From contig CAVYCN010000006.1 of the NCBI GenBank assembly GCA_963767005.1, positions 32,001 to 96,000 of the forward strand: a stretch of DNA of 64,000 nt, in the 5' to 3' direction. A model generated the notes under the pieces. That model worked only from the letters and a program-made list of their open reading frames with translations, made no database searches and was not told where the DNA came from. Within the stretch, counting starts at the first letter, position 1; every line of letters starts with the position of its first letter. This stretch comes from an uncultured Actinomycetes bacterium. Its GTDB lineage: Bacteria; Actinomycetota; Thermoleophilia; UBA2241. The position numbers were made by a program, and so were the translations under genes. Positions 8,654-17,292 of the stretch are shown here, one piece after another.

Positions 8654-11177
8654 CTCCACCTCCTCTGGACCGGCGCCCCTTGCGGACGCGGTCACCGGCC
8701 AGCACGGCGCCGCGCGCCGGCCGCCACGAGCCCTGCCAGCTTTCGTCGCGCACGAGGTAGGCCGCGCCGCGCGGGCAGTCGGGGTCGGACCGGGCGGCGA
8801 GGACCAGGTCGGTGCCGTCCAGGCGGACCGTCAGCTCGCCGCCCGGCTCGACCCCGAGCCGGGCGAGATCGTCGGGATGCAGCCCGACGCCCGCTTCGAG
8901 GTGCAGCTCGGCCAAGCCCTCGACCACGCCGGCGAGATCGATGCCGCGGTGGCGGAACGACGCGTGCTCGAGCACGATCGTGAAGCGGCCGCTGTGGACC
9001 GGCACGATGGGTGCGGCCGGGCCGGCCGGCCCGGCCGCACCCATCGCACTCACCGCGACCGGGCTCAGGCGCCGCGGAGCCCGGTCGAGCTCGGCCGGGA
9101 ATCCAGGCACCTCGGCGCGGATCGCGTCGCGCACGGCGCGGGCCGACTCGAAGCCGAGCCCTTTGCGGCCGAGGCGCGCCGCCAGGTCGCTCACGATGCG
9201 CCAGTCGGGCCGCGGCCCGAGCAGGGCGTCGCGCGGCGGCCGGTCGACCGGGCGCAGGTCCTGCACGCGCCCCTCGACGCTCGTCAGCGTGCCCTCGGCC
9301 TCGACCGCGGCGCACGCCGGCAGAAAGACGTCGACGGCGAAGGGCGGCGGGTACATGCTCTGGACGATCACGGTCTCGCAGGGCGGCCGCTCGGTGAGCG
9401 GCGTCTCGCCGATCAGGTAGAGGACGTGCGGCGGCCGGCCGGTCCACAGGCGCTCGAGCCCGTCCTCGGCGGGGCCCGGCCGCGGGCCGGGCAGCACGCC
9501 GGCGAGGACGCCGAGCTCGAGCGCGCCGCGCACGTTGGCCCCCTGGGCGAGCGGCAGCACCGAGGCGCCGGGCAGCGCGGCCACCGCCTCGAGCTCGGCC
9601 ACGAGCTCGCCGGCGCCCTCGCAGTCGAAGACGCGCGGCCCGACGACCACCGACACGGCGCCGGCGGCCTCGCCGTCACCGGCGGCCTCGCCGGCGCTCG
9701 TGGGCGTTGATGCAGCGGCAGCCTCTCCACGGGCAGCGGCACCGTCGCCCGCACGCAGCTCGCGCAGCAGGGCGGCCAGGTCGTGCGCCTCGTCGCCCGG
9801 ACGCGAGCGCAGCCAGCGGTCGGCCACCCGCGCCAGGTTCGACTCGCGCGCATCGACGACCAGCAGGCGCGCGCCGCGCCGCACGGCGCGGCGCACCTGC
9901 ACCCCGGCGACCGAGAACGAGAAGCGCGTGTCGAGGCCGGCGACGACAACGGTGTCGGCCGCGGCCAGACGGGCGAGCGACACCGGCAGCGCGAAGAGGC
10001 GCGACCAGAGGGCGGCGCCGCCGGGCAGCGCCGAGCGGGCCGTGGAGTCGACGGCGGCCGCGAGCGCCTTGCGGGCGAAGCGCTGCGCCGCGTAGAGCGA
10101 CTCGTTGGGCAGGTCGGGCGAGGCGAGCACGAGCACCTCGCCGGGTGGCGCGGTCGCGAGGGCCGCGCCGACGGCGTCGAGCGCCTCGTCCCAGTCGGTC
10201 ACGCGCTCGTAAGGCCCCTTGCGCACGACCGGCCGGCGCCCGCGGTCGTAATGATGGGTGACCTCGGGCAGGCAGAAGCGGCCGCGCAGGCAGAGCTGGC
10301 CGTCGTTGACCTCGAGGTCGGGCGCGGCCCGCACGGCGGAGAGGGCGCCGTCCTTGTGAGCGAGCTCGACCCGGCAGCCCAGGCAGCAGAACGGGCAGGT
10401 GCTCGTCTCGGCGCCGTCGGCCTTGCCGTCCCACTTGGAGACCTTGTCGAAGAGCGCGCCGGTGGGGCACACCGACACGCAGGCGCCGCAGAACTCGCAG
10501 CCGGCGGCCACGTGCGAGACGCCGAACGCCGGACCCACCAGGGTGCGCGGCCCACGGTACTTGAAGGCGAGCACCGACGCGCCGCGCACCTCATGGCACA
10601 TGCGCACGCAGCGCCCGCAAAGGATGCAGAGGTTGTAGTCGCGGTCGTAGAAGGGGTCGTCGTGCTCGGGCTCGAGACCCTTGTAGACGATCGGATAGCC
10701 GACGTCGGTGACCCCGAGCCGCTCGACGAGCGCCTGCAGCTCGCAGTCGCCGTCGTTGGGGCAGCTCCGGCAGCCAGTCGACACGCCCGACTTGCGGATG
10801 GTCGTCAGGCTGCGGCGGCAGTCGTCGCTCTCGCCGCACAGCAGGCAGCTACAGGGGTGCTCCGACAGGAGCAGGCGCAGGATCTCCTCGCGCATCTCGC
10901 GTAGCGCGACCGTGTCGGTCGTGACCGCCATGCCTTCGGTCGCGAGCGTGCTGCAGGCGAGCGGGTAGCCGCGCGCGCCCTCGATCTCGACCGAGCACAG
11001 CCGGCAGCCGCCGAAGGCGCTGAGCTCCTCGTGCCAGCAGAGCGAGGGCACGAACACGCCGGCGAGCTCGGCGGCGCGCAGCACCGTGCTGCCCTCGGGC
11101 ACCGTGACCGGACGGTGGTCGATCTCGAGGTGCACGGCCGGCGCGTCGGGGCGCGGCAGGCGTTCGACCGTGCTCAT
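8637..11177 (-). CDS. NuoG/FdhF-like multi-Fe-S molybdopterin-oxidoreductase-fold subunit lacking the Mo/W ligand motif
   Basis: True start ATG 11177, ATGA-coupled to nuoF. [2Fe-2S] CWHEELSAFGGCRLC, HPCSCLLC, CILCGRCVRMC, CEFCGACVSVCP, CPFCCLGC...C. The FDH ARL(C/U)H motif is replaced by TARSAL. Confidence 0.85.
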   Translation of the reverse strand: MSTVERLPRPDAPAVHLEIDHRPVTVPEGSTVLRAAELAGVFVPSLCWHEELSAFGGCRLCSVEIEGARGYPLACSTLATEGMAVTTDTVALREMREEILRLLLSEHPCSCLLCGESDDCRRSLTTIRKSGVSTGCRSCPNDGDCELQALVERLGVTDVGYPIVYKGLEPEHDDPFYDRDYNLCILCGRCVRMCHEVRGASVLAFKYRGPRTLVGPAFGVSHVAAGCEFCGACVSVCPTGALFDKVSKWDGKADGAETSTCPFCCLGCRVELAHKDGALSAVRAAPDLEVNDGQLCLRGRFCLPEVTHHYDRGRRPVVRKGPYERVTDWDEALDAVGAALATAPPGEVLVLASPDLPNESLYAAQRFARKALAAAVDSTARSALPGGAALWSRLFALPVSLARLAAADTVVVAGLDTRFSFSVAGVQVRRAVRRGARLLVVDARESNLARVADRWLRSRPGDEAHDLAALLRELRAGDGAAARGEAAAASTPTSAGEAAGDGEAAGAVSVVVGPRVFDCEGAGELVAELEAVAALPGASVLPLAQGANVRGALELGVLAGVLPGPRPGPAEDGLERLWTGRPPHVLYLIGETPLTERPPCETVIVQSMYPPPFAVDVFLPACAAVEAEGTLTSVEGRVQDLRPVDRPPRDALLGPRPDWRIVSDLAARLGRKGLGFESARAVRDAIRAEVPGFPAELDRAPRRLSPVAVSAMGAAGPAGPAAPIVPVHSGRFTIVLEHASFRHRGIDLAGVVEGLAELHLEAGVGLHPDDLARLGVEPGGELTVRLDGTDLVLAARSDPDCPRGAAYLVRDESWQGSWRPARGAVLAGDRVRKGRRSRGGGDGPGR

Positions 11178-13156
11178 GAGGTCGCCCCCGCCGACTCGAT
11201 CACGATGGCGTCGCCGGCGATCGCGTCGAAGCGGCAGATCTCGTAGCACGAGCGGCACTTGATGCACTTGTCGAGGTCGAGGTTGTGGGGCTCGGAGCGC
11301 GGTCCCGTGATGGCGCCCGTCGGACACACCTGCACGCAGCGCTGGCAGCCCGTGCAGCGGCCGGGGATGATCGAGTAGACGACCAGGTCGCGGCACACGG
11401 CGGCACGGCAGCGATGCGCCGTGATGTGCTCGACGAACTCGTCGCGGAAGTACTTGAGCGACGAGAGCACGGGGTTCGGCGCCGTCTGCCCGAGGCCACA
11501 GAGCGAGGCCGCCTTGACCACGCGGGCGAGGCGCTCGAGCCGGTCGAGGTCGGCGAGCTCGCCGCGCCCGGCGCAGATGCCGTCGAGGATGCCGACCAGG
11601 TGGCCGGTGCCCACCCGGCAGGGCACGCACTTGCCGCACGACTCGTCCTGGGTAAAGCCCAGGAAGTAGCGCGCCGTGTCGACGATGCAGGTGTCGCGGT
11701 CGAGCACGATCAGGCCGCCCGAGCCGATGATCGAGCCGGCCGCCGCGAGGTTCTCGTAGTCGATCGGCGTGTCGAGGAACTCCTCGCCCAGGCAGCCGCC
11801 CGACGGCCCGCCGGTCTGCACCGCCTTGAAGTCCTTCGCGAGACCGCCGCCGATGTCGTAGATCACCGCGCGCAGGGTGGTGCCGAAGGGGATCTCGACC
11901 AGTCCCGTGCGCCGCACTTTGCCGACCAGGGCGAAGGTCTTGGTGCCGCGCGAGCCCTCGGTGCCGTGGGCGGCATACCAGGCCGCGCCGCGGCCGATGA
12001 TGGCCGGCAGCGTGGCCAGCGTCTCGACGTTGTCGATGATCGTGGGCCGCCCCCACAGGCCGGACACGGCCGGGAACGGCGGCCGGCTGCGCGGCATGCC
12101 GCGCCGGCCCTCGATGCTCGCGATGAGCGCCGTCTCCTCGCCGCAGACGAAGGCGCCGGCGCCTTCCTTGAGGGTGATGTCGAACGAGAAGCCCGAACCG
12201 AGGATGTCGGCACCCAGGAGCCCCAACTTGCGGGCCGCGGCCATGGCCGAGCGCAGGCGGGCGATGGCGAGCGGGTACTCGGCGCGGATGTAGATGTAAC
12301 CGTGATCGGCGCCGATCGCGTAGGCGGCGATCAGCATGCCCTCGAGGACGGCGTGCGGGTCGCCTTCGATCAGCGAGCGGTTCATGAAGGCGCCGGGGTC
12401 GCCTTCGTCGGCGTTGCAGACGAGGCGGCGCGGCCCCTCGTTCTCGCGGCAGGTCAGCCACTTGCGCCAGGTCGGAAAACCGGCGCCGCCGCGGCCCCGC
12501 AGGCCGGCGTCCTTGATGGTGTCGACGACCTCGCGCCAGCTCAGCTCGAGGCAGCGCTCGAAGGCGCGGTAGCCGCCGCGCGCCAGGTAGTGGTCGACCT
12601 GCTCGGGGTCGATCACGCCGCAGTTGCGCAGCACGATACGCACCTGGTCGCGCAGCATCGGGTGGTCGGCCAGGCGCGCCACGGCGGCGACGGCGTCGGC
12701 CGGCGTCGCGCCGTCGTTTGCGGGCGCGCCATCGCCGGCGGGGGCGCCGTCGTCGCCGCCGGCCGGCGCAAAGCCGCCGTCGAGACCCAGATCGGCGCCG
12801 GGTGCGTCGAAGCGCCCGACGAGGTGCGTGCGCGGCACCTCGCCGGCCAGCAGGCCGTCGAGCACGCGCGGCACGAGCTCTGGCGCCATGTTCGAGTAGC
12901 ACACGCGCGGCCGGCCGGGGAGCTGCACGTCGAACAGCGGCTCGAGATAGCAGGGCCCGATGCAGCCGACCCCCACGACCGCGGCGTCGACGCCGCGCTC
13001 GGCCAGGTACTGGAGCACCGCGTCGTGCACGGCGCCGGCGCCGGCAGCCTTGCCGCACGAACCCATGCCGATGTAGACGACGGGGCGCGGGCTGGCCGCC
13101 AGTGCGGCCCAACGCGCCTCGGCCCGCTTGCGGCGGCGCTCAAGCGTGGCCGTCAC
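11174..13156 (-). CDS. NuoF/HydB-like FMN/NADH-binding subunit, long bifurcating type
   Basis: GLRGRGGAGFPT, CNADEGDPGAFMNR, GAFVCGEETAL, GGPSGG, SCGKCVPCRVG and a C-terminal 2x[4Fe-4S] domain. Confidence 0.92.
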   Translation of the reverse strand: MTATLERRRKRAEARWAALAASPRPVVYIGMGSCGKAAGAGAVHDAVLQYLAERGVDAAVVGVGCIGPCYLEPLFDVQLPGRPRVCYSNMAPELVPRVLDGLLAGEVPRTHLVGRFDAPGADLGLDGGFAPAGGDDGAPAGDGAPANDGATPADAVAAVARLADHPMLRDQVRIVLRNCGVIDPEQVDHYLARGGYRAFERCLELSWREVVDTIKDAGLRGRGGAGFPTWRKWLTCRENEGPRRLVCNADEGDPGAFMNRSLIEGDPHAVLEGMLIAAYAIGADHGYIYIRAEYPLAIARLRSAMAAARKLGLLGADILGSGFSFDITLKEGAGAFVCGEETALIASIEGRRGMPRSRPPFPAVSGLWGRPTIIDNVETLATLPAIIGRGAAWYAAHGTEGSRGTKTFALVGKVRRTGLVEIPFGTTLRAVIYDIGGGLAKDFKAVQTGGPSGGCLGEEFLDTPIDYENLAAAGSIIGSGGLIVLDRDTCIVDTARYFLGFTQDESCGKCVPCRVGTGHLVGILDGICAGRGELADLDRLERLARVVKAASLCGLGQTAPNPVLSSLKYFRDEFVEHITAHRCRAAVCRDLVVYSIIPGRCTGCQRCVQVCPTGAITGPRSEPHNLDLDKCIKCRSCYEICRFDAIAGDAIVIESAGATS

Positions 13157-13610
13157 CGAGCAGCTCCTGCAGCTTGAGGACGCTCATCTGACCGTAGATC
13201 GAGTCGTCGATCGTCACCACCGGCGCGAGAGCGCAGCAGCCCAGGCAGGCGACCCGCTCGAGACCGTACTCGCCGTCGGGCGTGGTCTCGCCGGGCCGCA
13301 CGTCGAGGCGGCGCTCGAGCGTCTCGAGCATCTGCACGCCGCCCTTCACGTGGCAGGCGGTGCCCAGGCAGACGCGCAGGCGATGACGGCCCGGCGGCGT
13401 GAAGCGGAACTGGGCGTAGAAGGTGGCGACGCCGAAGACTTCGTTCTCGGACAGCTTGAGCCAGCGCGCGACACCCGCGATCGACTCGGGCGACAGGTAA
13501 CCGAGGACCTCTTGCGTGCGCTGCAGCACCGGCACGAGGTCGGAGGGCGCACCGGAGAAGCCGCGCCTGATAGCGGGCCAGGGGTCGGAGGTCGGGGCGG
13601 GCGTCGCCAC
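13140..13610 (-). CDS. NuoE/HydC-like [2Fe-2S] subunit
   Basis: VATFYAQF, VCLGTACHVKG, ACLGCCALAP. Confidence 0.92.
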   Translation of the reverse strand: MATPAPTSDPWPAIRRGFSGAPSDLVPVLQRTQEVLGYLSPESIAGVARWLKLSENEVFGVATFYAQFRFTPPGRHRLRVCLGTACHVKGGVQMLETLERRLDVRPGETTPDGEYGLERVACLGCCALAPVVTIDDSIYGQMSVLKLQELLGDGHA

Positions 13611-13662
13611 CGGCAGCCCCCCTGCCTTCAGCCGCGCCTGAAGAACGATCCGCAGGCCATAT

Positions 13663-13869
13663 CCCGGAAGCTCCCCTCGTCAGTGTCGACCGACGACCGG
13701 ATGGAGAAACGAGCACAGCGGTGATGCGGCCATGGTAGCACACGGCGGCAAGCTTCCGCCCGCGCCACCGGCGGCACAGCATGCGGCGGAACTGCGGCTT
13801 GACGTCTTCCGCCCCCGCGCGGCAGCGTGCTACGATGCAGGCACGTGGTCCGGCCACGAAGCTTCCGGG
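13663..13869. promoter_or_regulatory. Divergent promoter region: mirror-image extended -10 boxes and a repeated AGCTTCCG(GG) element
   Basis: TGCTACGAT on + (13828-13836) and TGCTACCAT on - (13732-13740). AGCTTCCG copies at 13663-13672 (-), 13750-13758 (+) and 13859-13869 (+). Confidence 0.45.
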
Positions 13870-14041
13870 TCGCCTCGGGGGGCGGAGGAACTGACGGCAT
13901 GACGTCACACCGGTTCCGTGTGGACAGCGTCGCACCTCGGCCACCGCGCGGCCCGCGAGCCGCAGCAGAGCTCCCGTCCGGACCTTCCCCCGTCCTTCCC
14001 CCTAGCCGCGCCGCCGCGGATCCGAGCGGACTGGAGGCCCG

Positions 14042-14563
14042 ATGAGCACGTGCGCGCATAGCTGGTCCATGACCGACGTCCAGAACGGCTACCTCGTCGT
14101 CGAAGGCTGCTATCACTGCGGCGCGCGCAGCTCGTTCTTCTCGCTCGAGCCCGCGGTGCCGATCGACGAGTACCGCGAGGGTCCGCACTTCTGGGAGCAC
14201 CTCGCCGGCTACCAGGCCGTCAGGTTCAACCTGCGCTGCGACCAGTGCGGCGAGAAGGTCGACCTGCACGACATGATGGGCCTGATGCTCTCCACCTGCG
14301 ACGATCAGGACTGCCCGGTCGGCCGGCTCAGCACCGAGCTCGGCAAGAAGACGTCGGTCTACGTCGCGCTGTGCGCCGACTCGTCGCACACGGCGGGCCA
14401 CTGTGTGAGCGACGCCGGCGTGAAGGCCCTCGAGCAGTACTTCAACCAGCGCCTGCGCACCGGGCGCCGGAAGATCGCGGTCGTGCCCTGCAGCATGTGC
14501 GACCGCATCGACCGCTGCCAGGGCATCGTCCTGGCCGACACCGGTCTGACCGAGTTCTATTGA
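14042..14563 (+). CDS. Cys-rich hypothetical protein (12 Cys), probably metal-binding
   Basis: GGAGG RBS, host-like codon usage, CYHC, CDQC and CSMC motifs. Confidence 0.75.
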   Translation: MSTCAHSWSMTDVQNGYLVVEGCYHCGARSSFFSLEPAVPIDEYREGPHFWEHLAGYQAVRFNLRCDQCGEKVDLHDMMGLMLSTCDDQDCPVGRLSTELGKKTSVYVALCADSSHTAGHCVSDAGVKALEQYFNQRLRTGRRKIAVVPCSMCDRIDRCQGIVLADTGLTEFY

Positions 14564-14597
14564 TGCCGCGGCCGCGGTCGCGCACAAAGGGGGTTGC

Positions 14598-14927
14598 ATG
14601 AAGATCTCCGAGGTCGTCGAGAAGACTGGGCTCGAGGCGCTCAACGAGTGGGAAGACGTCGACGTGGCCGGCGTCTACATCTCGGACATGGTGTCCGACA
14701 TCATCACCGGCGCGAGCGGCTGCGGCCTGCTGCTCACGCTGCAGACCCACAAGAGCCTGATCGCCGCCGCCAACCTGGTCGACGTCGAGGCCGTGGTGTT
14801 CGCCCACGGCAAGCGCCCGGCCGACGACGTACTCGAGCTCGCCGGCAAGGCCGGCATCGCCCTGTTCACGACGCCCGACCACACCTGGAAGTACGCCGTC
14901 AAGCTCTTCGAGCTCGGCATGCGCTAA
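14598..14927 (+). CDS. DRTGG domain protein
   Basis: GVYISDMVSDII, LLLTLQTHKSLIAAANL; DRTGG-like small protein. Confidence 0.8.
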   Translation: MKISEVVEKTGLEALNEWEDVDVAGVYISDMVSDIITGASGCGLLLTLQTHKSLIAAANLVDVEAVVFAHGKRPADDVLELAGKAGIALFTTPDHTWKYAVKLFELGMR

Positions 14928-15269
14928 ATGGAGCTGGCCGACATCGCCGCCGCCCTCGACTGCGCGCCGCTGACCCCACAGGACGGTGTCGGCGACATCG
15001 ACACCGTCGTGGCGTCCGACGGCATGAGCGAGATCCTCGCCTTCCACACGCCGGGCGCGGTCATGCTCACAGGGCTGACCAACATCCAGTCGGTGCGCAC
15101 CGCGGTCGTCGCCGACGTGCACGCCATCATCTACGTGCGCGGCAAGCGCCCGGCCGAGACGGCCCTCACCCTCGCTCGCGAGAAGGGCATCCCGGTGCTG
15201 TCGACCAGGCTCGGCATGTTCGAGAGCTGCGGCATCCTCTACGAGCGCGGCCTCAAGGGGGCGATGTAG
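14928..15269 (+). CDS. DRTGG domain protein
   Basis: ASDGMSEIL, LTGLTNIQSVRTA, YVRGKRP, MFESCGILYERGL. Confidence 0.85.
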   Translation: MELADIAAALDCAPLTPQDGVGDIDTVVASDGMSEILAFHTPGAVMLTGLTNIQSVRTAVVADVHAIIYVRGKRPAETALTLAREKGIPVLSTRLGMFESCGILYERGLKGAM

Positions 15270-15706
15270 TGCCCGAGGAGCTCCTCTCGCGCTCGTTCGC
15301 GGTGCACGGCCGCGACTTCGAGAAGGCCGGCGAGGCGTCGACCGAGATCAAGTCGCTGCTCAAGGAGCTCGAGGTCGACCCGAACGTCATCCGCCGCACG
15401 GTGGTGATCGCCTTCGAGGCCGAGATGAACATCGTGATGTACGCCGACGAGGGCACCGTGAGCTTCACGCTCACCGACGAGGACATCGGCATCGAAGCCG
15501 CCGACCGCGGCCCCGGCATCCCCGACCTCGACCTTGCCCTGCAGGAGGGCTGGTCGACCGCCACCGACGAGATGCGCGAGATGGGCTTCGGCTTCGGCAT
15601 GGGCCTGCCCAACATCCGGCGCAACGCCGACGCGTTCAAGGTCGACACGCGCGTGGGCCAGGGCACCACGGTGTCCACCCGCGTCAGCCTGGACGGCACC
15701 GCGTGA
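15269..15706 (+). CDS. Anti-sigma-factor-type Ser/Thr kinase (RsbW/RsbT-like HATPase)
   Basis: GTG overlaps the upstream TAG. EAEMNIVMYA, ADRGPGIPD, GWSTAT..REMGFGFGMGLPNI. Confidence 0.88.
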   Translation: MPEELLSRSFAVHGRDFEKAGEASTEIKSLLKELEVDPNVIRRTVVIAFEAEMNIVMYADEGTVSFTLTDEDIGIEAADRGPGIPDLDLALQEGWSTATDEMREMGFGFGMGLPNIRRNADAFKVDTRVGQGTTVSTRVSLDGTA

Positions 15707-17016
15707 GCGAGGCCGGCATGATCGACTACGCCCACGGCTTTCGCGTGCACGACGACCTCTGCGACGGCTGCCTGGCCTGCATGCGCCTCTGCCCCACCCA
15801 GGCGATCAGGGTGCGCGACGGCAAGGCCAGGGTGCGGGCCGAGCTCTGCATCGACTGCGGCTCCTGCCTGAAGGCCTGCACCCGCGGGGCCATCACGGCC
15901 ACCACGAGCACGCTCGACGAGTTCGCCGACTACGCCTTCAAGGTGGCGATCCCCTCGCCGGTGCTCTACGGCCAGTTCCCGCGCGAGGTGCGACCGGCGC
16001 ACATCGTCCAGGGCCTGCTCAGGGCCGGCTTCGACGCCGTCTGGGACTACGGCATCGAGCTCGGCCTGACGACGCGCGCGATCGCCGACTACGTCGACGA
16101 CTGGGAGGGCCCGCGCCCGCTCGTGAACATGAACTGCCCGGTGATCATCAGGCTCATCCAGGTCTCGTACCCGCGCATGGTCGACCAGCTCCTGCAGATG
16201 CAGCCGCCCCGCGAGCTCGCCGGCCGCGAGATCAAGGCGCGGTACTCGCGCGAGCTCGGCCTGCCGCCCGAGCGCATCGCGGCGATCTACGTGACGCCCT
16301 GCCAGGCGCGCACCATCTCGATCATCCAGCCGGCCGAGGGCGGCCGGAGCTCGCTCGACGGCACGGTCGGAATCCCGCAGGTCTACAACGCCATCCTCGA
16401 AGAGGCGCGGCGCCTGTCGGAGGCCGGCGAGCAGCCCGCCGAGACCTCACTCGTGCGCTCGTCGGGCATGCTGCGCTGGGCCACGCCGCGCGCCTTTCCC
16501 TACGCGCTGCGGCGCCACCGCTACCTGCCGGTCACCGGCCTGTCCAACGTGATCCGCGTGTTCGACGACGTCGAGCGCGGCAAGCTCAAGGACATCGACT
16601 TCCTCGAGTGCTACGCGTGCTGGGCGGGCTGCGGCAACGGCAACCTCACGGTCGACAACGTCTACGTCGGACAGGCCAAGCTGCAGACGATGATGGCCGA
16701 GCTGCCGACGACCGATCCTGTGACCCAGGCCGACATCGAGCGGCGCTACCCGCTCGAGGACTTCACGCTCGAGTTCCCCTTCGCGCCGCGCCAGCGCCCC
16801 GACTCGGGCTCGCTGCGCGACCGCGTGAGCCGGGTGAAGCAGGCCGAGGAGATCCTCGCCCTGCTGCCGGGCTACGACTGTGGCCTGTGCGGCTGCCCGT
16901 CGTGCCTGACCCTCGCCCGCGACGCGGCGGCCGGCGAGGCCGCCGCGACCGACTGCGCCGTGCTGTCGACGCAGCGCATGCGCGAGCTCCGCCGCCTCCG
17001 CCGGCGCGCCTCCTGA
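15703..17016 (+). CDS. [FeFe]-hydrogenase large-subunit-like Fe-S protein (sensory group C/D-like, degenerate H-cluster motifs)
   Basis: N-terminal 2x[4Fe-4S]. P1-like NMNCP, P2-like TPCQAR, P3-like ECYACWAGCGNG. C-terminal FeS motif LPGYDCGLCGCPSC. Confidence 0.8.
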   Translation: MSEAGMIDYAHGFRVHDDLCDGCLACMRLCPTQAIRVRDGKARVRAELCIDCGSCLKACTRGAITATTSTLDEFADYAFKVAIPSPVLYGQFPREVRPAHIVQGLLRAGFDAVWDYGIELGLTTRAIADYVDDWEGPRPLVNMNCPVIIRLIQVSYPRMVDQLLQMQPPRELAGREIKARYSRELGLPPERIAAIYVTPCQARTISIIQPAEGGRSSLDGTVGIPQVYNAILEEARRLSEAGEQPAETSLVRSSGMLRWATPRAFPYALRRHRYLPVTGLSNVIRVFDDVERGKLKDIDFLECYACWAGCGNGNLTVDNVYVGQAKLQTMMAELPTTDPVTQADIERRYPLEDFTLEFPFAPRQRPDSGSLRDRVSRVKQAEEILALLPGYDCGLCGCPSCLTLARDAAAGEAAATDCAVLSTQRMRELRRLRRRAS

Positions 17017-17292
17017 CCTCACCGGCTTCTCGCCCGAGCCGGCGCGCCGCCTGACCCGCCGGCTTCTCGCCCTACACGCCTACACGGCGACGCCGACCTT
17101 TGTAGCGGCAACTCCTGGCCCGGCGGCGCGCCGCCCGCGCACACCGACGCCGCACCCGCCAACGACCGCCGACGTCCGACTTTCACAGCGGACTCTCAGC
17201 GATTCTTCATGCGGCCTTCATGCCGGCCGTCCATCTACAGACAAGCCGAACGCGCCGCCACAGGCGCACGACGAGAGAGGCTGGTCGCACAC

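Noticed and set aside
8637-11177. Selenocysteine formate dehydrogenase
   Set aside because: There is no in-frame TGA, and the Cys/Sec-His active-site motif is absent.
8637-13112. 1491-aa ORF suggesting a giant fusion or a frameshift
   Set aside because: Its first ~645 aa are an off-frame shadow of nuoF. The real gene starts at ATG 11177, coupled to the nuoF stop.
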